Part shown: positions 53,221 through 63,224 of the stretch, in pieces | Position numbering within the stretch: position 1 is the first letter of the stretch | How the letters are laid out: each line of letters opens with the position of its first letter | NCBI GenBank assembly: GCA_963841475.1 | Contig: CAWJCT010000002.1 | Location: 232,766-296,765, forward strand | DNA length: 64,000 nt | Direction of reading: 5' to 3' | Origin: an uncultured delta proteobacterium | GTDB taxonomy: Bacteria > Desulfobacterota > Desulfobaccia > Desulfobaccales > 0-14-0-80-60-11 | Program-made: the position numbers and the translations under genes | The notes under the pieces: generated by a model | What the model saw: the letters and a program-made list of their open reading frames with translations, nothing else | What the model was told of the DNA's origin: nothing | Database searches by the model: none

Positions 53221-53620
53221 TCAGCGCGCGAGATTTTCCTGGACGATATCCATGAGCTTATCCAGGTCTATGGGCTTGGGAATGAAATCATCCGCCGGAG
53301 TCGTTCTGCCTTCGTGGTGGGTGTAGCTGGTCGTCGGCAGATTATCCACCACCGCGGTGAGCAGCACCACCGGCAATATCTTTATAATTAGGGTCCTTCT
53401 TGATCTCTCCGCAGGTCACATAGCCGTCCTTGTTGGGCATCATGACGTCCAGGATCACCATGGCCGGCTTCTCCTGCCTGATCTTCTCCCAGGCCTGGAC
53501 GCCGTCGTAAGCCTTGGCGATCCGGTAATTATTGGCCTCAAGCTTCGTGGCTACCATATCCACCAGATCGGGATCGTCGTCCACCACCAAAATAAGTTCC
53601 TTGTCGCTCATGATTTGCCT
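53221..53620 (-). CDS. Single-domain response regulator (CheY-like; 1 frameshift near 53370)
   Basis: MSDKELILVVDDDPDLV...MVILDVMMPNKDGY...; own RBS GAGGAGG. Confidence 0.8.
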
Positions 53621-53646
53621 CCTCGCACGTTTTGAACACCCAGAAT

Positions 53647-54571
53647 TTACACCGTTAGGTCTCGGCAGCAGTCCCGCCCGTTCCACGATCTCGCCGACTT
53701 TCTGCTCCCACTCGATCGCCATGATGTGAAATCCCCGGACACCCTCCACGTTTTTCAGACGCTCGATGGTCTCCAGGCAGATCTTGATGCCCTCTTCAGC
53801 CTGCTTGTCCTTGGGCACCCCGGCCATGCGTTTCACCACCTCATCCGGCACATCCATCCCCGGCACCTTCTTTTTCATGTAGCGCGCCATGCCCACCGAC
53901 TTCATGGGCGTGATGCCGGCCATGATGTAGACTTGCTCATGCAGGCCCCGGTCCCGCACCCCTGCCATCCACTTTTCAAATTTATCGAGATTGTAGATGC
54001 ACTGGGTCTGGATGAAATCGACCCCGGCCTTCACCTTCTTCGCCAGGCGGGCAACCCGCAGTTCAAAGGGGTCGGCGAAAGGATTGGCCGCGGCGCCGAT
54101 AAACATTTGGGGAGGCTCGTCGATCTTATCCCCGCCCTGGAACAGCCCTTCATCCCGCATCTTCTTGACCATCTGGATCATCTGGATCGAGTCGATGTCG
54201 TGCACCGCGGCGGCCATGGGGTGGTCGCCGAAGTGGGGATGGTCGCCGGACAGGCAGAGCATGGTGTCGATGCCATGGGCATAGGCCCCCAGGATGTCGC
54301 TCTGCATCGCCAACCGGTTGCGGTCCCGGGTGACCATCTGGAGGATGGGGTTGAGCCCCATCTGCTTAAGAATGATGCAGGCGGCCAGGCTGGACATTCT
54401 GACCATGGCCGTCTGGTTGTCGGTGACATTGACCCCGTCTACATAACCCCGGAGCATTTCGGCCTTTTCCCGGACCTTCTCGGCTGAGGTGCCCCGGGGC
54501 GGCCCGCACTCGGAGGTGACTGCCAGATCTCCTGATGCCAGTATTTTTTCCAGAGTGCTTGCCGTTTTCAT
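53647..54571 (-). CDS. metF: Methylenetetrahydrofolate reductase (acetogen/SRB-type MetF); 3' end uncertain
   Basis: AVTSECGPPRG, VNVTDNQTAMVRMSS, MVTRDRNRLAMQSDILGA, LCLSGDHP. The ATG overlaps the metV stop (ATGA). Confidence 0.85.
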
Positions 54572-55236
54572 AGCGCCATATCCTCTCTGATGATTTTCCG
54601 CGGCCCCGCGCCCCCAGCCGGACGCCAATCTTTGGCCGGCAGGTTCTCTTCGTACCTTTCCGTCATCCCCAGGGCTTTGAGGCGGTCCCAAATGAGCTGC
54701 CAGGCGCAGTCCATATTCGGGTCCACCTCGCACTTGCCGTTGGTGGAGCCGCCGCACGGACCGTTAAACAGCTGCTTCGAGCACCGGGCCACCGGGCAGA
54801 CGCCGCCGGTGGACCCCAGGACGCAGTCGCCGCAGCCCTGGCAGCGCTCGGCCCAGACCCCCTGACGCTCGGAAGCGCCCATGAACTTGGTGTTCACCGC
54901 CGGGAAGACCGGCTTATTATGGAAGCGCCGGGCAACTTCCTGCACGCCGCAGCCGCAGGCCATGGAGAGCACCGCGTCCACCTGGTCGATGAGCGGCACC
55001 AACTCCTCTACGTACTCGGGATCGCACTGCCTTTCCAGCGTGATCTCCCGGATTTCGAGCGGCTGGCCTGCTTTCATAAAATGCATCTTGAGCGCCGAGG
55101 CCAGCACCCCGACCTCCTTGCGGCCGCCCGCGGCGCACACCGTGACGCACTCATTGCAGCCGGCCAGCAGAATGCTGCGGTACGGCTTAACGCATTGGAT
55201 AAGCTCTTCCATCGGTTTTCGTTCAGCAGTAATCAT
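54568..55236 (-). CDS. metV: MetV (MTHFR C-terminal-domain, Cys-rich partner of MetF)
   Basis: Intact. CNECVTVCAAGG, CGCG, CQGCGDCVL..GGVCPVARCSKQLFNGPCGGS..GKCEV. Confidence 0.8.
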   Translation of the reverse strand: MITAERKPMEELIQCVKPYRSILLAGCNECVTVCAAGGRKEVGVLASALKMHFMKAGQPLEIREITLERQCDPEYVEELVPLIDQVDAVLSMACGCGVQEVARRFHNKPVFPAVNTKFMGASERQGVWAERCQGCGDCVLGSTGGVCPVARCSKQLFNGPCGGSTNGKCEVDPNMDCAWQLIWDRLKALGMTERYEENLPAKDWRPAGGAGPRKIIREDMAL

Positions 55237-55267
55237 CTTTGCTCAGTCTCCTGTTCCTTCGGTCGAG

Positions 55268-55705
55268 TCAACCTGCGGCCCGCTGATCTTGATGCGCGAC
55301 CTTGGCGGGATTGGGTCCAAGTTTCCGAATCTTCTCGGTGAAATCGGTGGCGGTTTGAGCAAAGCGCTCGCCCATGCCCGCGGACATGGCGAACATCTCC
55401 ACGCGCTCGCCCCCGATGCCGATCTCATCGAGGAGCTTCTTGAGGTAATCCACCCGATGGGCTGCCCTGACATTGCCATTTTTGAAATGGCAATCCCCCT
55501 CCAGACAGCCGGCCACGTAAACCCCGTCCGCCCCCTTTTCCAGGGACTTCATGATGTGAATGGCATCCACCTTCCCCGAGCAGGGCACCCGGATGATTTT
55601 CACGTTGGCAGGATAGCGCAGCCTCATGCTGCCGGCCATGTCCGCCGCCGTGTAAGCGCAGTAGTGGCAGCAGAAAGCCACAATGACCGGTTCGAAATTC
55701 TCCAT
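55268..55705 (-). CDS. mvhD: MvhD-like (methyl-viologen-reducing hydrogenase delta subunit family)
   Basis: Intact. IVAFCCHYCAYTAADMAG..IRVPCSGKVD..GADGVYVAGCLEGDCHF. Confidence 0.85.
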   Translation of the reverse strand: MENFEPVIVAFCCHYCAYTAADMAGSMRLRYPANVKIIRVPCSGKVDAIHIMKSLEKGADGVYVAGCLEGDCHFKNGNVRAAHRVDYLKKLLDEIGIGGERVEMFAMSAGMGERFAQTATDFTEKIRKLGPNPAKVAHQDQRAAG

Positions 55706-58700
55706 TACATTATCCCTTCCAAAAGTCCGTCTAATTTCGCCATGATATGATCGTCCTCATACTGCATGAGCTGAATCGCCTTGGCGGGACATTCCGAGGC
55801 GCAGACGCCGCAGCCGTGGCACTTGGCCGGATCGATCTCCGAGTACCCTTCCTCATTGATGAACGGCACACCGAAGGGGCAGGCCCGCACGCAGATGAGG
55901 CAGGCGGCGCACAACTCCCCGTTCTACCTGAGCCACAGCCGCCCCCAGGTTGATGCTGTCCCGGGCCAGGAAGGTCTGGGCCCGTCCCGCCGCGGCCTGC
56001 GCCTGGGCGATGGTCTCCCGGATGGTCTTGGGCGCATGCGCGGTCCCGGCCACAAAGAACCCCGGGATCGGCAGATCAATGGGCCTGAGCTTGACGTGGT
56101 CCTCAAGAAAATACCCATCCGAGGTCCTGGGCAGGCGGAAGATCATGCCCAGATCTTCCGACGACTCCTCATCGGCCACCAAGCCGGTGCTGAGCGCCAG
56201 ACAGTCTGCCGGGATTTTCACTTCGCGTCCCAGAATCGGGTCGGTAAAGCTCACGCTCACCCTGGCCGCCATCGGCGGCGACCACCGGTTTGTCTTCCGG
56301 TTTATAGGTGACAAAAATGACCCCCTGTTCCCGCGCTTTGCGGTAATAGTCCTCCTCGAAGCCCGGCGTGCGCATGTCGCGATAAAGCACGAAAATCTTG
56401 GCTTCGGGATTCAGTTCAAGGATATGCAGGGCGTTTTTGACGGCCGCCTGGCAGCATACCCGGGAACAGTTGGGATTTTCGGGAACGCGTGACCCGACGC
56501 ATTGAATCATGGCGACATTCTGCCAGGCCTTGGCTGCCTCTGGGTTGTCGGCCAGCAGGACCCCGAGATCGAGCTGCGTGGTCACCGCCTGATGCCGTCC
56601 CAAGAGGTACTCCTGGGGACGGTTGGGGAGCGCCCCAGTGGCCAGGATGGTGATGCCGTGGCGGATTTCCCGGTAGAACATCTGGGGCCCCACCTGGATA
56701 CCGGTCCTGAACATCCCGGCCATGCCCGAGTGGTCCACCACCATGGATTGCTTCCAAACCTGAATACGCTCGTGCTCTGTTGTTCTCTTGACGAGATCGG
56801 CGACGTGGGCCTGGACGTCTTCTCCCTCGAGGGTCCTGCGAATCTTTTTCGCCACTCCGCCGAGTTCCCTGGAGCGTTCCACCAGGTGGACTTTGTAGCC
56901 CAGATCCGCGAGTCTCAGGGCTGCCGTCATCCCGGCAATACCGCCGCCCACCACCAGGACATCTTTGTTCATCGGCAGAGTCTGGTCGGCCAAGCGGCCG
57001 GGCCAGACGCACCGCCGACGACCGCCATGCGCATGAGTTCATTGGCCTTGGCGGCGGCATCACGGGGCGGTCCCGATGGACCCAGGTATCCTGGTCCCTC
57101 AGGTTGGCGATTTCCACCAGGTACTTATTCAAGCCCGCCTTGCGCACGGTTTCCTGAAAGAGTCCTTCATGAGTCCGCGGCGAACAGGCTCCGACCACCA
57201 CCCGATTGAGGTTCTGCGTGCGGATGGCGTCCTGGATATGCTCCAGGGATTCGCGGCTGCAGCCGTGGCCGATGGTTTCGGATACGACCACCTGGGGCAG
57301 GCAGCCCGGCGCTTTCGGCCACCTGCGTCCACGTTGACCACCCCGCCGATATTGAGACCGCAGTCGCACACAAAGACCCCGATCCTCGGCTCTTCACCCG
57401 GCCACCTCGCGTTCCGGGGGCAGCTCCTCCTCGGCTTCCGCCACGACCCGGAGCGGCGTGAGGTCCACGGCGGCATTGGAGGCCGCGGCACTGGCCTGGA
57501 CCATGGTTTCGGGAATATCCTTGGGGCCTTGGAACATGCCGCAGACATAGATGCCGGGCTTGGAGGTGGCCACCGGATCGAAGCTTCCCGTCCGGGCGAA
57601 ATTGTGCTCGTTGAGGTCGATGCCGATCTTTGCGGCCAGCTCCTTGGCTTCCGGCGACACCCGGAAACCGGTGGCAGAGCACCACCATGTCGAAGACTTC
57701 CGTCTGGAAGGAACCGTCGTCCTCCGAGGGATATCTGATCTGGAGGTCCCCCGTGGGCGTCCCGGCTTCGATGATCGGCTCGACGGTATGGGGGCGGGCC
57801 CGCACCAGGCGGACGCCGTAGTCGTTTATGGCCCGCTGGAGGTAGAGCTCGTAATCTTTTCCCGAGGTGCGCATGTCCATGTAGAACAGGGTCGTCTCCA
57901 TATCGTCATAGAAGCGCTCCCGGGTGACCATGGCTTCCTTGAGGGCGAACATGCAGCAGGCGCTGGAGCAATAAGAGACCGAGCCCACCTGAATACCCCG
58001 GGACCCGACGCACTGAATCCAGGCGATCTTCTTGGGCCTCTTGCCGTCGGAGGGGCGCACGAGCTCCCCCTTGGTCGGCCCGGAGGCGGAGAGAATCCGT
58101 TCGTATTCCAGGCTGGTGACGACGTTCGGGTTGACGCCATAGCCGTACGTGTCCAGGACCCGGGGATTGAAGACGTCCGCCCCGGGCGCCAGGATGATGG
58201 ACCCGATCTCGATTTCCTGCACTTTTTCCGGGTCGCCGGGCAGGATCGCCCCGGCCGGGCAGATGTCTGGCCAGCCCCGCAAAGTCGGTGCGCTCATTCT
58301 TGATGATGGAATAGGCATACGGGGTCCCCTGGGGGTACCGCATGCAGGTCGGCGCCCGATGATCGAGGCCGGGCGTGAAGCGCACCGACTCGGGAAATTT
58401 GCGGGCGCACTCGCCGCAGCCCGTGCATTTTTCGCAGATCGATGTAGCGGGGCTGCGTCGTGAGCGTAGCCTTGAAATGGCCTGCCTCCCCGGTAAGGCC
58501 GCTCAACTGCGTCATCGTCATGAGCTGGATGTGCAGCTTGCGGCCGCTTTCCGATAGATGGGGTGACAGGGTGCAGAGATCGCAATTATTGGTGGGAAAG
58601 GTCCGGTCGAGCTGGGTCATGAGACCGCCGATGGCAAAGTCTTTGTCGATCAGCACGACGTCCCGGCCCGTTTCGGCCAGATCCAGAGCGGCCCTGATGC

Positions 58701-58764
58701 CGCCCATGCCCCCACCGACCACAAGCACCTTGTTGCTGGATTGGAATTTTTTTGGCTCTGACAT
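55705..58764 (-). CDS. hdrA: Tandem HdrA-like flavoproteins, either two modules fused or two adjacent genes (about 8 frameshifts)
   Basis: Module 1: VLVVGGGMGGIRAAL, FPTNNCDLC, CEKCTGCGEC, IQCVGSR..YCSSACC. Module 2: IGVFVCDCGLNIGG, VVVGACSPRTHE, VLVVGGGIAGMTAAL, IQCVGSR..CSRVCC, C-terminal CAACLICVRACP/CHGCGVCASECP. Confidence 0.8.
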
Positions 58765-58829
58765 GTGTACCCTAATCTTCTCTTTAAGGTTTCAATGCAG
58801 GCTCCGGATGCCTGAAGGCGCATCCGGTA

Positions 58830-59703
58830 TTAAAGGCCTGCATAGTCTAAAATCGCCGGAAGCCGGTGCTCCCAACCCAGGGTGACGATCCGCACTCCCT
58901 GGGCGAGCTCCTTGAGAGCGGCAGCAGTCTCCCCGGCCACCCGAACGCATTCATTTTCCCGGTCGGAGGCCTTCCGAATCCGCCGGATCAACTCCTCCGA
59001 AAGGCCCGCAGCCGGTTCGGTGTTGGCGATGTAGCGGGCCGAGCCCACGGATTTCAGCAGGAATACGGTGGCGATGATCGGCACTCCCAATCCCTTGGCC
59101 CGGTCCATGAATGATCTGAAGAGGTTCAGGTCATAGACCGCCGGAGTGACCACGAACCCGGCGCCCGGCTTCCACCTTCTTGCTGGTGGCCTCAAGCTCG
59201 CGGTCCAAAGCCGGCTCATCCGCACACTGAGCCATGGTGCAGCCCACGATGAAACTCGGGGCGCCGTCGAGCTCAAGGCCCGCCAGATCCACCCCCTGCT
59301 CCAGGGAACGAATTGCACCTATCAGGCCCAACTCGTCCAGGTCGTTCACGGTCTTGGCATCCTGATGGTCGCAATTGGCCATGTCTTCGCTGCACACCAC
59401 GATCAGGTTCTGAATGCCCAGGCCGTAAGCCGCCAGCATATCGCCCTGCAGCGCCATCCGGTTCCGGTCCCGGCAGTAGACATGGATGATCGACTCAATC
59501 CCCTGCTGATTCAGGAGCACGCCCCCCGCCAGGGCACTCATCCGCATGATGCCGTTGTCCATATCCGGCACGGTGACTGCGTCAACCCGCCCCTTGAGCC
59601 GGCGCGCCTGGGACACCAGCTGCGAGGTGTCGACGCCTTTGGGGGTGTTCATCTCTGCCAGGACCACGAATTCACCGGTCGACAATCGTTTTTGAAAACT
59701 CAT
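58830..59703 (-). CDS. Second MetF-family (MTHFR-like) protein (1 frameshift)
   Basis: VLAEMNTPKG, DAVTVPDMDNGIMRMS, VYCRDRNRMALQGDMLAA. C-terminal half lies in ORF 58830-59318. Confidence 0.75.
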
Positions 59704-59741
59704 AGGCTCCCTCTTCCTTTGGTCATCGCCTGCCCCGGGCT

Positions 59742-60050
59742 TCAGATTCGCTTCACCCGAATTCGAAAGAAATCTGCGTCCTTGTTAAACTCCATATCGA
59801 TCACTTCGCAGGACGCCGTGGGTATCAACTTGAAGACATCCGTCCGGGCAACCGCATCTCGCGTGATGATCTCCAAAACCTCATCCCTATTCATTTCCCG
59901 CATCACCTGCGTCATTTTGAGCAGAGCAAAGGGTGTGATGGTTTGGCTGAAATCGAGGACATAATCGGCTTTGGGCTTCAACGCCTCGATGCTCCTTTTG
60001 TTCGATCCCACCCCGCTTAATATCGCAATGTTTAGTGCCAAATGAGCCAA
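59742..60050 (-). CDS. TusA/SirA-fold-like small protein lacking the catalytic Cys; start uncertain (TTG at 60050 or an internal TTG/GTG)
   Basis: LDFSQTITPFALLKMTQVMREMNRDEVLEIITRD aligns to the TusA pattern LD..G..CP.PLLK....L..M..GE.L.V..TD, with CP replaced by TP. Confidence 0.45.
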   Translation of the reverse strand: MAHLALNIAILSGVGSNKRSIEALKPKADYVLDFSQTITPFALLKMTQVMREMNRDEVLEIITRDAVARTDVFKLIPTASCEVIDMEFNKDADFFRIRVKRI

Positions 60051-60121
60051 AATACCATATATCTAGCTTGAATTTTAAAATATAATTACGTTTTTATCGG
60101 GAATATGCATTGTGGAAATAT

Positions 60122-60239
60122 AGTGTTAAATATGCTAAGAATGAATTTTTAAACAACTGTTGCAAAATTAAACGGTGCTTGTGATATTGGGCTCAAAGTG
60201 TTAAAAATATTTAACAGCTATTGCAAATTGAAACGGTTG
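60122..60239. promoter_or_regulatory. Two imperfect direct repeats in the AT-rich divergent control region
   Basis: Each unit has an AGTGTTAAA part followed by TTTAA(A)CA(A/G)CT(G/A)TTGCAAA(A)TT(A/G)AACGGT. Unit 1 is 60122-60177; unit 2 is 60197-60239. Confidence 0.45.
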
Positions 60240-60250
60240 ACTGAGGAGAT

Positions 60251-61727
60251 ATGTTTGAAGAGGAAATGGACAGATATTGGAAAACTATCGTCAACACTAT
60301 CCGGGATGGCATAATGGTAGTGGATACCAGCGGCTCCATCCTGTCAGTCAATAGGGCCCTGGAGACGATGACCGATTATACCCACGAGGAACTCATCGGT
60401 CAGAAATGTTCCATATTGAACTGCAGCATCTTTAATCTGGCTCGGGAGAAATGCGGCGGACCACTGGTGCCTCCTCTTCAAAACCGGGGATATGAATATG
60501 CGCCGCTGCACGATTATGAGAAAAGATGGCACTTATGTGCCGGTGCTCAAGAACGCCTCCCAGCTCCATGACAGCAAAGGCGGAGTGATCGGCGCCGTCG
60601 AAACGATAACCGACATTTCGGAAATCGTGGAGAAAGACAAGCAGATAGCCGCTATTCGTCGGCAGCTGCGCTCCGAAGATGCCTTTCAGGGCTTGATCGG
60701 CGCTTCCGCACCCATGCAGCAGGTGTTTTATCTCATCGAAAACGCCGCCCAATCGGACGCCCCGGTGATCATCCTGGGCGAGAGCGGCACCGGCAAGGAA
60801 CTCGCGGCCCGGGCCATCCATCAACTCGGGGAGCGGAAGAAGAGCGCCTATGTCAAGGTGAACTGTGCCGCCCTGACGGAATCTCTCCTGGAAAGCGAAC
60901 TCTTCGGGCACGTAAAAGGGGCCTATACCGGCGCCTACAAGAGCCGGGCCGGCAGATTTGAAATGGCTCAGGGCGGCGACATCTTTCTCGATGAAATCGG
61001 CGATCTGCCCCTTTCCACCCAGGTGAAGCTCCTCCGGGTGCTGGAAGAGAAAGTCATCGAACGGGTCGGCGACAGCAAGTCCATCCCGGTAGACGTGCGC
61101 GTCATCTCGGCAACGAACAAAAACCTCTCCAGCCTGGTGGAGAACGGGGGCCTTCAGAAAAGACCTCTACTTTCGGATCAACGTGATCCCGATCCAGATG
61201 CCGCCGCTGCGGGAGCGGGTCGAGGATATTCCGCTTCTGGCCGAATCCTTCTTTCGGAAATTACGCATCAAGAGCGGCAAAAGCATCGAAGGGATAAGCA
61301 ATCTGGCGCTGGAGGTCCTCATGAAGTACCCCTGGCCCGGCAATGTCCGGGAGCTCAAAAGCGCCTTCGAATATGCCTTTGTGACCTGCCAGGAGCCCTT
61401 AATTCAGCCCCATCATCTGCCGCCTGATATCCTCAAGGAAGAAAAAGCCAGCCAGGATGCGAATGCCGTGCGCGCCCACCAAGCAGGAAATCAAGAAACG
61501 ACAACTCATCGATGCCCTGGCCCGGGCCAAGGGCAACCAATCGGTCGCCGCGGAGATCCTGGGGATTTCGCCGGGTAACCGTTTGGAATCGCATGAAGCG
61601 CTTTGGCATCACCTACTCCGAGGCAAATCGAATCACCCAAATAGGATCGCCAGAACTCCCGTCTTATGTCCGAAGCGCCTGGGGGCCATCTCCCCATGAC
61701 CCGCCGGTTGGTCCAACTTTTAAGTGA
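60251..61727 (+). CDS. Sigma-54-dependent transcriptional activator with an N-terminal PAS domain (about 4 frameshifts)
   Basis: PAS IMVVDTSGSILSVNRALETMTDY. AAA+ ILGESGTGKELAARAIH, GAYTGA, GGDIFLDEIGD, GNVRELKS. C-terminal Fis-type HTH QSVAAEILGIS/VTVWNRMKRFGI. Confidence 0.85.
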
Positions 61728-61843
61728 GAGTGGGGTCAAGGCCGCCAGAAATCCTGGCGGAGCCTGGCCTGGGCAGGATCTCCGGAAAAATAACGATCTA
61801 TATTTCTTTAGAAATCCCCGGCACTTCGATGCCGCGGTTTGGA

Positions 61844-62743
61844 CTATGGAGCAGAGCTCAGAAGCATTGCTGGCGGGACAGGCGCGGTGCAATCGATTGA
61901 CATCATGACGCTCAGAATGAATATGGTCAGAATGGAGAAGATAAAAAGCTTCTTGCCCCAGAGCCGCTCATCGGCTGGCTTGTAGCCCGACCAGGCCATA
62001 TAGAGCCAGGACAGGCCCAACACGGTCGCCACGGCAAAGGTGCGGTAACCGGTGTACCCCGCCACGGTCAGCATCAGCGTAGCGGCCATAAAGGCCAGGA
62101 TAAAACCGGCAATATGCTTTTTTGCCGCCGCGGTCCCCTGCTTGACCGGCAGAACCGGGAGGGCCGCAGCAGTGTAATCATCAAACCGGAAAACCGCGAT
62201 GGCGTACCAGTGAGGCATCTGCCACAGGCTGAAGATCGCCAACAATATCACTGCTCCCAGGTCAAAGCGGCCGGTGACGGCACAATATCCCGCCAGGGGC
62301 GGTGTGGCTCCCGCCAGACTGCCGATCAAGGCGGCGTGGACGGAATTGCGCTTCAGGTACAGGCTGTACACGCCCACATAAATCACCAGGCCCGCCAGCA
62401 CGATGACCACGGCCAGCAGGTTGGTCGCGGCCCAGAGCAGGGCCAGGCCCACAATACCCAAAATCGTGGCGTAGGCTACGGCGACCTTCAGTTTGATGAG
62501 CCCCCTGGCCAGGGCGCGGTTCTTTGTCCGGATCATTTTCCGGTCTATTTCTCTATCGACACAGTTGTTGAAAACACAACCCGAAGCGACCACCAGGGAT
62601 ATGCCGATGAGCGTTGCCGGGAGAGTTCCGCCGTCAACCCGCCCTTTGGAGGCGAGAAAAAAGCCGGCCGCCGCGGAGATCAGGTTGCCGAAAATGATCC
62701 CCGGTTTGGCAACGAGCACATAGTTTTTGATCCGTTCAGGCAT
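61844..62743 (-). CDS. cyoE: Protoheme IX farnesyltransferase (heme O synthase)
   Basis: [69 protein letters not shown] track E. coli CyoE closely. Intact. Confidence 0.92.
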   Translation of the reverse strand: MPERIKNYVLVAKPGIIFGNLISAAAGFFLASKGRVDGGTLPATLIGISLVVASGCVFNNCVDREIDRKMIRTKNRALARGLIKLKVAVAYATILGIVGLALLWAATNLLAVVIVLAGLVIYVGVYSLYLKRNSVHAALIGSLAGATPPLAGYCAVTGRFDLGAVILLAIFSLWQMPHWYAIAVFRFDDYTAAALPVLPVKQGTAAAKKHIAGFILAFMAATLMLTVAGYTGYRTFAVATVLGLSWLYMAWSGYKPADERLWGKKLFIFSILTIFILSVMMSIDCTAPVPPAMLLSSAP

Positions 62744-62745
62744 GC

Positions 62746-63072
62746 TCACATCATGCGGTAATTCAGGGTATACATGATCCAGAGGGTCCCTCCGACGAAG
62801 AGGATCATGATCAATAAGGTGAATATCATGGCCAGTAAGTTCCAACGCGCCGCCGATGAAGAGTCCAGGTGCAGGAAGTAATGCAAGTGCACCAGAATCT
62901 GCATGAGGGCAGCTACGCATATGCCGGCCAGGGCCGCCGTGGAGGACAAGGTACCGCTCATCACCAAGGCAAACGGAATGGCGGTGAGAATAAGGGAGAG
63001 AACGAAGCCGGTGAGGTACGACTTGAGACTTCCCCGGCTTACCCCGCTGCTGTCGATAGGCGCCTGATTCAT
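62746..63072 (-). CDS. cyoD: Cytochrome o ubiquinol oxidase subunit IV
   Basis: [25 protein letters not shown]...[12 protein letters not shown]...[12 protein letters not shown] tracks E. coli CyoD closely. Intact. Confidence 0.9.
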   Translation of the reverse strand: MNQAPIDSSGVSRGSLKSYLTGFVLSLILTAIPFALVMSGTLSSTAALAGICVAALMQILVHLHYFLHLDSSSAARWNLLAMIFTLLIMILFVGGTLWIMYTLNYRMM

Positions 63073-63117
63073 TTACACAACCCCCATCAGGTAGACGATA
63101 CTGAAGATGCCGATCCG
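63073..63117 (-). pseudogene. cyoC: 3'-terminal stub of cyoC (last ~14 codons only)
   Basis: Reverse translation [14 protein letters not shown], with the stop abutting the cyoD ATG. This matches the conserved subunit III C-terminus (..VW I..F..VYLMG..). Similarity is lost upstream. Confidence 0.55.
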
Positions 63118-63224
63118 TGCTGGAGACTTTCTGATCCCGCCTCGGAAAAAGGGAAATCGTCACCGCATGAACATATGCAAAAGCTGAACAAGAGCAGGGT
63201 AAATAAGAGAGATGATTTCACTAG

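Noticed and set aside
60051-60250. Sigma-54 (-24/-12) promoter for the MetF/Hdr operon or the activator gene
   Set aside because: TTGCA elements are present, but no GG lies at the required 10-nt spacing on either strand. For example, AGCAC-N9-TTGCA has both the wrong bases and the wrong spacing.
61844-63163. 439-aa ORF spanning cyoE and cyoD
   Set aside because: Only the C-terminal 299 aa (from MPERIKNY at 62743) are CyoE. The N-terminal part is an out-of-frame reading across cyoD, which is clearly encoded in its own frame (62746-63072).
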